The notes beneath the pieces are model-generated. The model worked only from the letters and a program-made list of their open reading frames with translations, did no database searches and was not told the DNA's origin. A program made the position numbers and the translations under genes. 64,000 nucleotides of DNA from Chiloscyllium plagiosum (Eukaryota). Shown here piece after piece: positions 50,706 through 63,690 of the stretch. Position 1 is the stretch's first letter. Every line of letters begins with the position of its first letter. The stretch lies in the NCBI RefSeq assembly GCF_004010195.1, contig NC_057720.1:22775206-22839205 (forward strand). Reading direction: 5' to 3'.

Positions 50706-51235
50706 ATGAAAAGGAATCATGGACATAGAACTTGAAGAACTTAACCAAATAAGAAATGCCACAAATAATCCAAGGCACTTTTTACATTGAAGTGCAGGGT
50801 CATGAGAAGGTTTAAATTCCAGTATCAGGCATAAAAGTAATCAGGTTTCTAAGGGGTAAAATGCTATAGTTTGTTTTTAAATTTAAAATATAATAATATA
50901 AAAAAGAATATTTTCAAGGGCTTAAACAACAACATTGGAGATGGAAGATACAGCTTTCTGTCTGGACATCAGTGTGATATTAACCCTGACCTTCCCTCGT
51001 TGTCTGGTCTGCTGAGTGTTTCCAGTACATTGTTTGATTTTCAATCAAACTGAATGTGTGTCTGGTTCACAAGAGCTACAGTGTTATTTCTTTCATTGAA
51101 CTCTGACTGGACATTGGCAGGAGATGTGCGTGACTGACAATTATTGTTATTGACAGATTCTGTTGAACATCAGGTCCCTCTGTTTCAACCTCCTTTTCTT
51201 GGGGACTGAAAGCTTCTGACCCTCTTCAACCTGTT

Positions 51236-52028
51236 ATAGAGTCATAGAGATGTACAGCATGGAAACAGACCCTTCGGTCCAACCCGTCCACACCAACCAG
51301 ATATCCCAACCTAATCTTGTCCCACCTACCAGCACCCGGACCATATCTCTCCAAACCCTTCCTATTCATATACCCATCCAGATGCCTTTTAAATGTTGCA
51401 ATTGTACCAGCCTCTACCACTGCCTCTGGTAGCTCATTCCATACACGTACCACCCTCATTGTGAAACAGTTGCCCCTTGGGTCTCTTTAATATCTTCCCC
51501 CTCTCACCCTAAACCTATGCCGTCTAGCTCTGGACTCCCCGACCCCAGTGAAAAGACTTTGTCTAGTTATCCTATCCATGCCCCTCAATTTTGTAAACCT
51601 CTATAAGGTCACCCCTCAGCCTCCGATGCTCCAGGGAAAACAGCCCCTGCCTATTCAGCCTCTCCTTATAGCTCAAATCCTCCAATCCTGGCAACATCCT
51701 TGTAAATCTTTTCTGAATCCTTTCAAGTTTCACAACATCTTTCCGATAGGAAGGAGACCAGAATTGCATGCAATATTCCAACAGTGGCCTCCCAATGTCC
51801 TGTACAGCCGCAACATGACCTCCCAACTCCTGTACTCAATACTCTGACCAATAAAGGAAAGCATCCCAAACGCCTTCTTCACTATCGTCTCTACCTGTGA
51901 CTCCACTTTCAAGGAACTATGAACCGGCACTCCAAGGCCTCTTTGTTCAGCAACACTCCCAAGGACCTTACCATTAAGTGTATATGTCCTGCTAAGATTT
52001 CCCAAAATGCAGCACCTCGGATTTATCT
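51236..52028 (-). mobile_element. CR1 3' fragment
   Basis: ORFs 51572-51826 and 51226-51459. Closely matches 30765-31563. Confidence 0.93.
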
Positions 52029-52357
52029 GGGCAGCATGGTGGCACAGGGGTGGCACGGTGGCACAGTGGTTAGCACTGCTGCCTCACAGCGCCTGAGACC
52101 CGGGTTCAATTCCCGCCTCAGGCGACTGACTGTGTGGAGTTTGCATGTTCTCCCCGTGTCTGCATGGGTTTCCTCCGGGTGCTCCGGTTTCCTCCCACCG
52201 TCCAAAGATGTGCAGGTCAGGTGAATTGGCCATGCTAAATTGCCCGTAGTGTAAGGTAAGGGGTAAATCTAGGGGTATGGGTGGGTTGCGCTTCGGCGGG
52301 TCGGTGTGGACTTGCCGAAGGGCCTGTTTCCACACTGTAATGTAATCTAATCTAATC
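52029..52357 (+). mobile_element. HE1-like V-SINE with duplicated first ~18 bp
   Basis: GGGCAGCATGGTGGCACAG precedes GGGTGGCACGGTGGCACAG, then V-core and AATCT tail. Confidence 0.93.
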
Positions 52358-55028
52358 AAACTGCTAAAAGGAATCACTAGTCGTGATGTCTGACAACCTA
52401 AACAGTCAAGCACTCTATAGATCCTCTCAAAAAGCTTTAAAAAAAAAGATGATCAGACTAATCTTACTTTTCTTGGACTTGCTGGGCCGGTGAATGAACA
52501 TGCTCCCAGTTGATATTGTGTGCGTGAAATTTCAAGAATTTTTTGAATAGGGGACCCACAATTGGCTACTTAACAAGATTGAGTCAATTGGGATTGCTAG
52601 TGCTAATTTGGGTTGGGTAAGGAACTAGATATGTTCTAGAAACATAAATGATAGGAGCGGGAATATGCCATTCAGCTCTTTCAGCCTGCTTCACCATCCA
52701 CTATGATCATCAATGATCATCCAACTCACTAACTGGTTCCTGCTTTGCCCCCATATCCTCTAGTCCCTTTCGCCCCACGTGCTATACTCAACTCCCTCTC
52801 AAAATCAATGCCATATTTTGGCTTTGATTACTTTTTGTGGTCATAAATTCCATTCTTTGTGTGAAGAAATTTCTCTTCCTCTCAATCCTAAAAGGTTTAC
52901 CCTGTATCCTAAAGATCTGACCACACCATTGGGAACATCCTTTTTGCATTTCCTATACAGACCTGTTAGGATTTTGTGTGTTTCTATGAGATAGCCCCTT
53001 TATTCTTCTGGAATTCAAGCTAATATAATTTTAACCGATCCAATCCTTCCTCAAATGTTAGTCCTGCCATCCTAGGAATCAGTCTGATTAACTCTCACTG
53101 CATTCCCTCTATAGCAAGAACATCACTCCTCAATAAGGAGACTAAAACTGCACACATTATTCCAGATGTGTTCTCACCAAACCAGTAGAACTTCTGATAC
53201 TTGAAGCTCACTCAATGAGATACGCCATACTATTTCCTTGCCTGGTGCAGCTACATGCTTACTTTCTGTATGGGAACTTACACTAATAGGATCTTTGATC
53301 TATTGAGACCTTGGATGATTACATATTAATAAGGGAATGTGCTTGCATTTCACATATATCTTTTAATATAGATAAATGCAATGCTTGCTTACACGTAGGG
53401 CTAATGGTCAACATGTGTACACCATTCAGGGTTATGAACTTAAGGCAGTTCAACCAAAGGAAGAACTAAATGTTATCGGATAGTTCAAAACTACTTGCAA
53501 AAGCAAAGTAAATAGAATTCTTAGAATTTATTGACAAGGTCAAATATAAAATAAAATCACTTTCACTGAATAAAATCTTGGTTACAACCCATTTAGAGAA
53601 CTGTGTTAGTAGATATAAGCCCTGGAAAAGTGCACCTTTTATATTTTCTTTAAAATACTTTTATTAGACATCATATAGAGATTAAGAGTATTGCATATTT
53701 GTCATACAGGATATCTTTCGTTTATTTCCGTAGTCTCACAACTCTCCATAGTAATTATTCCATGATACCCAACTTTAAAAATAATTGACATCACATTTTG
53801 TTTGAATGATGGAATGAGATGTGCTGAGGGTGCCTTCTTTAAACTTGCCATGACTTGGAGCTGCTGGTGTTGGACTGGGATAGACAAAGTTAAAAATCAC
53901 AAAACTCCAGGTTATAGTCCAACAGGTTTATTTGGAAGCACTAACTTTCAGAGCAGCGCTCCTTCATCCGATGGTTATGGAGGTTAAGATCATGCTCACA
54001 GAATTTATAGCCAAACGAGTCCAGTGTCATAGAGAGGTGATATGTTAATCCCAGAACTTCTTTTAAAATTACATTCTCAAGAGAGCTCAGCTTTTTAAAC
54101 AATAGGTGTGAAGTCTGTCTGTGTCCCAATGCTATGTCAGACTGATAAACTCCTTGTATAGTTTTAGAGTTTTATATAGATTCATGCAGTTTTTGAGTAA
54201 AATAAAATGTAATTCTGCAAAAACAAATTCACCCCATAAGCTTATGTGTGTGAATGTAGGAGCAACAGATTGTGTGTGGGTACGAGTGCATGTGATTGAG
54301 TACGTGTGTTAGCTTGGTTAAGCGTGTGAGAGTGTGATGGGCTGTGTGAGAGGGTGCGAGTCGGTGTGAGTACAGTGGGTGTACGAGAGATCGACAGAGA
54401 AAGAGAGAGAGAGAGAACACGTCATTGGTCCGGGACATCCAGCCTTGGACCTTCGGGTGACCGTCCTTCAAGGCGGACTTCGGGGCAAGCAACAACACAG
54501 AGTGGCTGAGCAGAAGCTAATAGCGAGGTTTGGTAACTATGGGGATGACCTCAACCGGGACCTTGGGTTCATGTGATCCCACTGCATGATACTCACACAC
54601 CCAGACCCTCCCTCATACACAAGCGCTCTCTCATATGCACACATTTACACCTCTTGCACTTACACCAATACATACATCCTATCACGCATACTCCAACTCA
54701 CACACACACACATACACTTAAGCAACCTTACACACTATCATATGCACTCACACCCACACACTCTCATGCACACTCATTCTGTTACTCCAACATGCACACA
54801 GAAATAAGCTTATGGGGTGAATTTTTTTTTTGCTTTTGCAGAATTTTGCTCAAAATCTGCATGAATCCATTAAACTCTGTAAAACTATACAAAGGGTTTG
54901 TCAGTCTGACATACCATTGGGACACAGACAGACTGCACACCTATTGTTTAAAAAGCTGAGGTCTCTTGAGAATGTAATTTAGAAGAAGTTCTGGGATTTA
55001 CATATCAAAGAACAGAAAGCAGCATATT

Positions 55029-55250
55029 GATATTATGTCATCAAAGTCTTACCAGAGCATAGGGCTGCTCACTCATTAGAGAGAAGTGACTGGTGGTGAT
55101 TTAATCTGAGGGGCCACCAGACATCAGGTGAGGGAGTGGGTGAGAAGGAAAGCCTTTCATGGTAACTGCAAACCAGTGATGGGAATTGAACCCAAACTGT
55201 TGGAATCACACTGCTCTGCAAACGATCCAGCAAACTGAGCTGCACCAATT
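55029..55250 (-). mobile_element. tRNA-derived SINE nested in the PLE arm
   Basis: Minus-strand AGCTCAGT...GGTTCAATTCC boxes. Flanking repeat AAA(G/C)CAGCATAT. Confidence 0.75.
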
Positions 55251-55380
55251 CCCAAGAAACCAGCATATCCCATTATAAAAGATGAAAGTTTTCATCTAAG
55301 ATTGTTTACTCTATCACATCTCCATGACACTGGACTCCTTTAGCTATAAATTCTGTGAGCATGATCTTAACCTCCACAAC

Positions 55381-55415
55381 CACCTGATGAAGGAGCAGTG
55401 TTCTGAAAGCTAGTG
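55381..55415 (+). ncRNA. Minimal hammerhead ribozyme motif, core boxes intact
   Basis: CUGAUGA (55384-55390), A, GGAGC-AGU-GUUCU stem II with G-U pairs, then GAAAGCUA. Confidence 0.65.
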
Positions 55416-55899
55416 CTTCCAAATAAACCTGTTGGACTATAACCTGGTGTTGCGCGATTTTTAACTTCTTTAAACCCGTTACAGGCATGTGACAGTGGCT
55501 GGTACATAGAAGTAAAATATCATGCAAAATTATGGCAACAACTCATGTATAAAAACTTTAATGTTAAAAATTTCTCTGAGCCACAATAATATGCATTCGA
55601 ACAAATAGAAATATGAAGTTCTTTGCACCTTAAAGGTGGAAAATGAGGAAGAAAGCAGAGAGATTTAGCAACACAGTTCCAGAGTTGAAGCCTTTGCAAC
55701 TGAGGTGGGATTGCTACAAAGGAGTGATTATAACTGGGAACACTAAAGACTAGGATTGGTGAAGTGTAGGAGAAAGTGCACTTTCCTCGATTGTACGGCA
55801 GGAGTACTACGGTTAGACAAGTTCAGTCAGAGGTTCCGTGAACAGCATACCTCTGGTCTAGCTATCAGAAACCTCTTTCAGGAGTCTAGAACATACCGA

Positions 55900-56325
55900 G
55901 GAGGTAGGAAAATGGAACTTCTTTGGTAGCAGCCCAACAAGCTGATCCATTGTCAAAAGACATAGCTCATACTCAAGCGGAGGCAGATAGTCCTGGAGTG
56001 CGGTTGTATTAAAGTTAGCTTCTGATGAGGAAATGGAGATGCCATCACAGACCTGCAAGTGAGAAGTGGGCAGTGATTATCAGGTAGTGGCGTCACCAAA
56101 GTACCACACAGAAGTACTATGGTTAGCTCATGAGATTCCAATGGCTAAGTATGTGAGTACACACAAGATCTATGCCCACATCAGCCACATCTTTACTAGC
56201 CCCAGGTCCACGAGGATATGCTCAGGAACTGCAGATCCTGCAACATCTGTTGGGTTGTGGGAAAACACAAAGGTGCAATAAAACCTGCACCGATGATTCC
56301 CGTGCAAGCTTTTGGGGAACCTTAC
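55900..56325 (+). mobile_element. Degraded Gypsy integrase zinc-binding (HHCC) fragment
   Basis: YQVVASPKYHTEVLWLAHEIPMA..., then after frameshift CRSCNICWVVGK...IKPAPMIPVQAFGEP. Confidence 0.8.
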
Positions 56326-56769
56326 CTGGGATCTGTTCACTCTATTGTGACGAGGAACAAGATGAAAGAAAGAGGAGTCAAGAACAGTTGAATAGCCTTT
56401 CACAATTTCATTTTAGAAAGACACCGGAACAATGATTACTACTTATGAGCTAACTCTTCAGTCCTGAAATAATCATAACATTTGATAACTTAAGTTCCAA
56501 AATCCAAATATCATGTTTTTATAATTGGCTGGTACATATCACTAACTCAGTAGCACAGTCTTAAACTGTTAACCGTTTAAGGGCAGAATTGCAGCCAAAT
56601 TGAACATAACCAAAACAAAAAAAAATGTTTTCACCAAAAGCTATCTCCATCGATACAAATGTAACAAAAAAATGCATTGAGGCATGTAACTTTTGTCTTT
56701 TATTTCCCTTAAAATATATTCCTTGAAGTATTAATGAGAGGTAATCTGACCCTGGTAGCTTGATTAACC

Positions 56770-59700
56770 GGATTTAAAATTACTTAAAAGGTAGAAGACA
56801 TAGGGTGGTAGTGGAGGCCTGTGATCAGTGGAGTACCACAAGGATCGGTGCTGGGCCCACTATTTTTCATCATTTATATAAATGGATGTGAGCATAAGAG
56901 GTACAGATAGCAAGTTTGCAGATGACACCAAAATTGGAGGTGTAGTGGACAGCAAAGAAGGTTACCTCAGAGTACAACAGGATCTTGATCAGATGGGCCA
57001 ACGGACTGAAAGTGGCAGTTGGAGTTTAATTTAGATAAATACAAGGTGCTGCATTTTGGGAAAGCAAAAACTTAGCAGGACCTATATATTAATGATAAGG
57101 TCCTGGGGAGTATTGCTGAACGAAGAGACCATGGAGTTCATAGCTCCTTGAAGGTGGAGTCACAGGTAGATAGGATAGTGAAGGTGGTGTTTGGTAAGCT
57201 TTCCTTTATTGGTCAGAGCATTGAGTACAGGGGTTGAGAGGTCATGTTGCGACTGTACAAGACATTGGTAAAAACAAGGACTGCAGATGCTGGAAAGCAG
57301 AGTCGAGATTAGAGGGTTGCTGGAAAAGCACAGCACGTCAGACAGCATCCGAGGAGCAGGAAAATTGACATTTTGGGCAAAAGTCCTTCATCTGGAGAGA
57401 TAAATGAGAGAGGGGTTGGGGTGAGAAGAAAGTAGCAAAGAGTACAATGGGTGAATGGGAGTGAGGATGAAGGTGATAGGTCAGAGAGGAGGGTGGAGTG
57501 GATAGGTGGAAGGGAAGTTAGGCAAGTAGGACAGGTCATGGGGAGGGTGCTGAGCTGGAAGGTTGGAGCTGGGGCAAGATAGGGGAAGGGGAAATAAGGA
57601 AACTGATGAAATCCACATTGATGCCACGGGGTTGAAGTGTTCCGCCAGGCATCGGGTGGTGAGGGAGCGGCAGTGGAGGCGGCCCAGGACCTGCATGTCC
57701 TCGGCATAGTGGGAGGGGGGGGTTGAAATGTTGGGCCACACGGTGTGGCGTTGATTGGTGCAGGTGTCCCAGAGATGTTCCCTAAAAGCACTCTACTAGG
57801 AGGCGTCCAGTCTCCCCAATGTAGAGGAGACTGCATCGGGAGCAACAGATACAATGAATGATATTGATGGATGTGCTGGTAAAACTTTGATGGATGTGGA
57901 AGGCTCCTTTGGGGCCTTGGATGGAGGTGAGAGAGGAGGTGTGGGTGCAGAATTGCAATTCCTGCGGTGGCAGGGGAAGGTGCTAAGATGGGAGGGTGGG
58001 TTGTTGGGGCGTGGGGGGCGTGGGCCTGATCAGGTAGTCATGAAGGGAACGGTCTTTGCGGAAGACGGAAATGGGTGGGGAGGGTAATATATCCCTGGTG
58101 GTGGGGACCATTTGGAGGTGGCGGAAATGTCGTCGGATGATGTGGTTTACGCAAATGTTGGTAGGGTCGAAGGTGAGCGCTGGGGGGAGTTCTGTCCTTG
58201 TTAGAGTTGGAGGGGTGGGGTTTGAGGGCGGAGGGGTGGGATGTGGACGAGATGTGTTGGAGAGCATCTTTAACAACGTAGGAAGGGAAATTGCGGTCTC
58301 TAAAGAAGGAGGCCATCTGGTGTGTTCTGTGGTGGAACTGGTTCTCCTGGGGGCAGATACGGCGGAGGCTGAGGAATTGGGAATACGGGATGGCATTTTT
58401 GCAGGAGGTAGGGTGGGAAGAGGTGAAACCCAGGTAGCTGTGGGAATCAGTGGGTTTGTAAAAAATGTCAGGGTCAGGTCGGTCATCATTAAAAGAGATG
58501 GAGAGGTTAAGGAAGGGAAGGGGGTGTCAGAGATGGTCCAGGTGAATTTAAGGTCAGGGTGGAATGAGTTGGTGAAATTGATGAATTGCTCAACCTCCTC
58601 GCGGGAGCATGAGTTGGCGCCAATGCAGTCTTCAATGTAGCAGAAGAAGAGGTGGGGAGTGGTGGCAGTGTAACTACGGAAGATGGACTGTTCTACATAG
58701 CCAATAAAGAGACAGGCATTGCTGGGCCCCATACGGAGGAAGTGGAAGGATTCGACGGAGAAACTGTTAAGGGTGAGGACCAGTTCAGCCAAACAAATGA
58801 GAGCGTCAGTGGAAGGGTACTGTTGGGGACATCAGGAGAGGAAGACATGGAGGGCTTGGAGGCCCTGGTCATGGCAGATGGAGGTGTAGAGGGATTGGAT
58901 CTCCATGGCGAAGGTGAGGCATTGGGGGCCGGGGAAACGGAAGTCTTGGAGGAGGTGGAGGGCGTGGGTGGTGTCTCGAACATATGTGGGGAGTTCCTGG
59001 ACTATGGGGAAATAGGACATTGTCGAGGTAGGTAGAGATGAGTTCAGTGGGGCAGGAGCATGCTGAGACAATGGGTCGGCCAGGGTGGTTAGGCTTGTGG
59101 ATCTTGGGAAGGAGGTGGAAGTCACTGAGCATGTGACATCAGCGATGATGTGAGGGGCGGAAGTGATGTCACGTGTGGTGCATGAGTAATTGTGAGGGGT
59201 GAAAGTGGCTGTGGAAGCGGCCATGATGGGGGCGTAAGTTACGTCATCCATCACCGTGGGGATGGTAGCTGCAGCAGCCGCATGACTAATGGCGTCTGAG
59301 CAGTTCCAGAGGCCGGGGGAATCTTCTGGAATGTTCGAGGAGTGCTATAAAAGTTTGTTGTACTTACACTTTTTGATGTTTGAGATGGTGTTGAAATACT
59401 GTTTGTTGAGAGTATGAATTCTCCTGAGGATATAGTACAGAAGGTGTCATTTGCAGTTCTGAGATAGTGTGGCCTTCAGCTGAGGCAGGGCTGACTGTAG
59501 AGAGGTTAGGTGCCAGCGCATTGCTGCGAGCGTGGAGCGAAGGATCTTGAAGAAGAACCTTTGCTGGTGTTTTTGAATCCGTAGTCTGTACTGTTTGTCC
59601 TGTTCGGATCCGAACTCTGCTGGTTTAAAGGCAGTCCGGAGTCCGTGTGAGATGAGTTGATGATCGAGGCAGGCACTGAGAAAACAAATGTGGCTGTGGT

Positions 59701-60003
59701 AGCGAGTCCAGAACTAGAGGGCATAGTTTCAGGGTGAGAGGGGAAAGATATGAAAGGGACCTAAGGGGCAACGTTTTCACATAGAGGGTGGTACATGTCT
59801 GGAATGAGCTGCTAGAGGAAGTGGTGGGGGCCAATATGATTGCAACATTTAAAAGGCATCTAGATGGGTATATGAATAGGAAGGGCTTGGAAGGATATGG
59901 GCCAGGTGCTGGCAGGTGAGACTAGATTAGGTTGGGATATCTGGTCAGCATGGACAAGTTGGACTGAAGGGTCTGTTTCCATGCTGTACATCTCTATGAC
60001 TCT
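56770..60003 (+). mobile_element. CR1 3' portion split by the long PLE (56770-57269 and 59704-60003)
   Basis: QGSVLGP/FADD-coding DNA on the left and a CR1 3' end with CTCTATGACT on the right. Part of the CR1 is missing at the insertion site. Confidence 0.88.
57270..59703 (-). mobile_element. Long PLE family B (RT plus GIY-YIG), inactive
   Basis: LPKIHKP...[30 protein letters not shown], and LLYIGET at about 57809-57829. Frameshifted, with a decayed hammerhead at 57365-57393. Confidence 0.95.
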
Positions 60004-61412
60004 AATTGATAATTTCACTGGATGTACATTGTCAGTTTGTTAGAAAAATAGACAAAAAGCAAATTGCTGTTTAACGTATTTGCACCTAAGAAAATGAATG
60101 AGACGTGAAGAGTCTTTTTCACCAGAATAATTAGATTCACAATGTCAATTTTACAGATCAGCTTTGATTCAAGCAAACTGACTCTTGAAACAATAAAAGA
60201 TTGCAGCAAACACAAACATAATGGTTTTTGGCTTATCTCAATGGTTTCATATTCCTAATGTGTAATGCAGATCCCACCAATTCTACCGAGACTGCACTGC
60301 ATATGAAAAACAAGTTGCAACACACTTCACCCCTCTCCCCAACCCAACATGTACAAATACTCAGAGCAAACATAGCACAATATCTCAAATGTCAGATGTT
60401 CATTATATCATCATTCATGGGCCATCAACTCATCAGAATCTGCATAAAGTTCACAAATGTTTCTGCAAATACAACAATGTCCTGGATTAACAGTATGGAA
60501 TTATAAATATCAAAGCACACGTTAAAATGGAATAGAAATGACCATCTTGATGGGCTTGAGAACAACAAATCATCTGAAAATGTTGACTTAAGTAAAAACC
60601 TCAATAGGGAATCAATTAATAACTCTATTTTTGATATTTTAATTCAGCTCTTTCAATTTTAGACTATCATAGCTTGCAGATCTGCAGATAAAGGAATCAT
60701 TTCATCTTTAACTCTATTGTTACCTCTTCTGAACCCATCTCACACCAACATCACAAAACCAAACATGCAGGCTGACTTAAAACCCCGTCAGTGTCCATCA
60801 ACATCCAGTTAGAAAAGATTCAAACATACTAAAGATCAGGTTGGAGTTGTTCCTAATCATAATGCAAAGATTGGCACTGAAGATATCAAAAATAAAAGAG
60901 TCAAGTTACTCTAACAGCAGTAAATATTTTGTTTAGGGCAATTGGATATCAAGTAATTACCTTCTCATTATATTGTTTTATACAGAATTGTATCCAAGAA
61001 GAATAATTCTACAAATCACCTTTTCATAGCTACTGCCAGAGCACCTTATGTATGAAGGTTCGCCTCTCTAAGTTTAATGATGGAGATTATTATGGAGCAT
61101 GTTCACTGGCAGCTATTGATTACAACATAACAAGAATGATGTACAGATATATTGGGATACGTTTGATGAAATACTGCTTCAGACAAAAGGAAAAGGACAT
61201 CTAACTGCAATCATTGTCAATGCTTATTACAGTGTAATAACAAAGTGCATCAGTTTGCATGAAAGTAAGCTTGCTAGCAAGTACAGACACAAGACTATTC
61301 TTCCAACAAGAACCTGTTATTTTGGGGGAGTAAAGCATGTAGTTGCTACCCAATAAATTAGTCAATCTTCAGGCATCAGTTACATCAGGTTTTTATTCAT
61401 CTGATCACTACC

Positions 61413-61607
61413 CTTGCCAACTTTTATAGGTGCACCATCAAGAGCATTCTGTCTGGATGTATCACTACCTGATATGGCCTGTCCCTGTGTTTCGGTTTCT
61501 GCCACTGTTTACCTATTGTTTACTATTATTGCTAGTTAACTCTGCCTGTATTGCTTCCAAGACCATGCCTCAATACACGTGACAATAAATTCAATCCAAT
61601 TCAATTC
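61413..61607 (+). mobile_element. Rex1/Babar-like LINE 3' fragment
   Basis: Encodes ANFYRCTIKSILSGCITT*YG and ends AATAAATTCAATCCAATTCAATTC. Confidence 0.75.
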
Positions 61608-62869
61608 TCTACCTTATCAGTCTTTAATAAGACAGATAATCTTATGTTCAAAAGATAAGCGTATGTTCAATCAGGAAGAGGAAGTTGGTACCAATGCTTT
61701 TAAAAGATAGAAAATACCTCCAAGCTCTGCAGTCCAACATTCTTAGGCATGTTTCTCCCTACATGGCCCACTGGTTAAAAGCCCATCCCTAAAGATTTAT
61801 GATCCACTGATAACAAGGAAATTGTCTAATCAAAGTCACAAATATCATTCTTACTGTTGTTAAAAACAAATTTAATAAAATTAAATGAGACCACCAAAAC
61901 TGGAAGCAAGACTATTTATTCTACAATCTTGCAAGAAAGGGCATCAAATGCAGAAGCAAATGAGCAATGAACATTTAAACTAGTACACAGTTATACTTTT
62001 GAGCTGCGTGAAGTCACCTCTTCTGACTCCTACATTACCTAATCAACTTTATTCTCTGACTAACTTGTGATCTGGTCTTATTATTTCCCCCCCTTCTCCA
62101 AGTTGGCGACCCTTCCCTCTGTAAGTGCTGACATAAGGAAGATTCTGCTAAACTTGGATCTTGATGTTCCTTTCACTTTATCTGTTTTGCTTGGAACATC
62201 TTCCATTGTTCATAGGTACATTCCATTCTTGAACATACGTTTTAACAACGTATCTTTTCGTGCCTAGTTTATGCGTTTCAGCTAGCTCAGCTATTTTGCT
62301 GAGACTATTATTTAAAACATTATGATGAAAGAAATTATTTGCTTTAATAATTCTGCTCTAAAGTTAGTACTCAATTATCCACAATTATACATTAAAGATA
62401 AAGACACATTTCCCTAATGCTTGCTTAACTGATATTTTTCTTGTACCCCTTTTCTGCACATACACACTCTTGCTTTTCTATTTCTGCAAAAACAACACAC
62501 TTCCCCATTTCTTACACTGTTATGATTTTGTCACAACAATCCTCTTCTATTTCCTTGATCCATCAGCTCAGCTCATTTTGCTCTCCTCCTCCAATATTCT
62601 TGTCCAATTCTCCTTTGCCCTTCTCTATAGGACAATGCTCACTTTGTTCCATTCATATATCCAACTTTAGGCAAAGCATTACTATGATGGCTTCCATTCC
62701 TGACTTACACTGTGATCTCTGGAGTTCGCTAATCACTTGTTCTTGTGTTAATCGAACCAAGTCAGCAGGAATTAGCTAATGGAATGAAACCATGGTGTTG
62801 GAACATCATTTTAAGACTAACTCCTGTTTTTGCAAGTCCCATAATGCTAAATGAAAAATAGGGATGGTT

Positions 62870-63125
62870 AAATATTTTGAATCAACCTATTTGGACATTT
62901 ATGAAACATTTTCAGCATCAGTGGATCTTGAATCAATGACCTGCTGGCTCAGGGATAAGGATAACTACCAATGAACCACAAGAAATCCTAAGTAGGCAGA
63001 AGTAGATATTTTCTCATCAACTTGTTCAGAGATGTTATTACATAACTCTGGAACTGATGATACCTCAACCCAGGCCTCCCAACTTAGAGGAACAAACACT
63101 ACCACTACACTACAAGAGCTCTAAA
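62870..63125 (-). mobile_element. Two tandem decayed short SINEs
   Basis: Each resembles the reverse complement of 14219-14330 and 36686-36800. Confidence 0.45.
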
Positions 63126-63394
63126 GTGGGGAGAATGCAGGGATAGGGAAGAGAATTGAGAATATTCCTGCTATAATCACCAGCAGTCCCAGTAGTGACC
63201 ATTAATTTGGCTGCTCACTTTAAAGGGCATGTTCATCTAATTCTACTTCACAATTGTAATCAGGGTTTTCTAATTGTTTAGCCTCCCATCTAGAAAAAGC
63301 CAGTATTCAGTTTGCCTAATTAGAGGCCTACTTAAACATTACACCAGATGAATTCTAGACATACAAAGGGGAGCTGTGGTTCCTTTTTTTTTAT

Positions 63395-63690
63395 ATTCAT
63401 TGTGGTCACTACTAGCCCTGGCCAACATTTATTGCTCGTTCCTAATTTCACAGAGGGTAGTTGATTATCAACTACGTTGCTGTTGGCCTAGAGTCACATG
63501 TAGATCAGACCAGGTAAAGATGACAGATTTCCTTTCCAATAGGATATTAGAGAACTAGATGAGTTTCTCCTGACAATCAGCAGTTGTTTTCTGGTCCCTA
63601 TTAGACAATTAATTCAAATTTAATTGCATTCAAATTCCACTACCTGTAATGATGAGATTTCAGCCAAAATTCCCAAAGTTTCCAGAATAA
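63395..63690 (-). mobile_element. Decayed DeuSINE/SacSINE1-like SINE
   Basis: Reverse complement resembles 5370-5605 (CTACATGTGACTC; GCAATAAATG). Confidence 0.6.

Larger units (their letters stand above)
53853..55467. mobile_element. PLE family C: inverted pseudo-LTR arms around a GIY-YIG C-terminal fragment
   Basis: About 53888-54245 is the reverse complement of about 54806-55467. ORF 54379-54576 ends DLRVTVLQGG...AEQKLIARF...LNRDLGFM. TG/CA tracts inside. Confidence 0.9.

Noticed and set aside
4669..52357. tRNA genes at SINE heads
   Set aside because: The A/B boxes run straight into the V-core and LINE-like tail, so these are SINE promoters rather than tRNAs.
58056..59035. Long plus-strand ORFs (194 and 127 aa)
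   Set aside because: They are antisense shadows of the PLE reverse transcriptase.
61030..61270. Plus-strand AG...GTAAGC exon-like interval
   Set aside because: The frames I translated contain stops and no product is recognisable.
62709..62775. Similarity of the peptide to the UBR5 UBA region
   Set aside because: It needs a gap in a 22-residue match recalled from memory, which is too weak to assign a gene.
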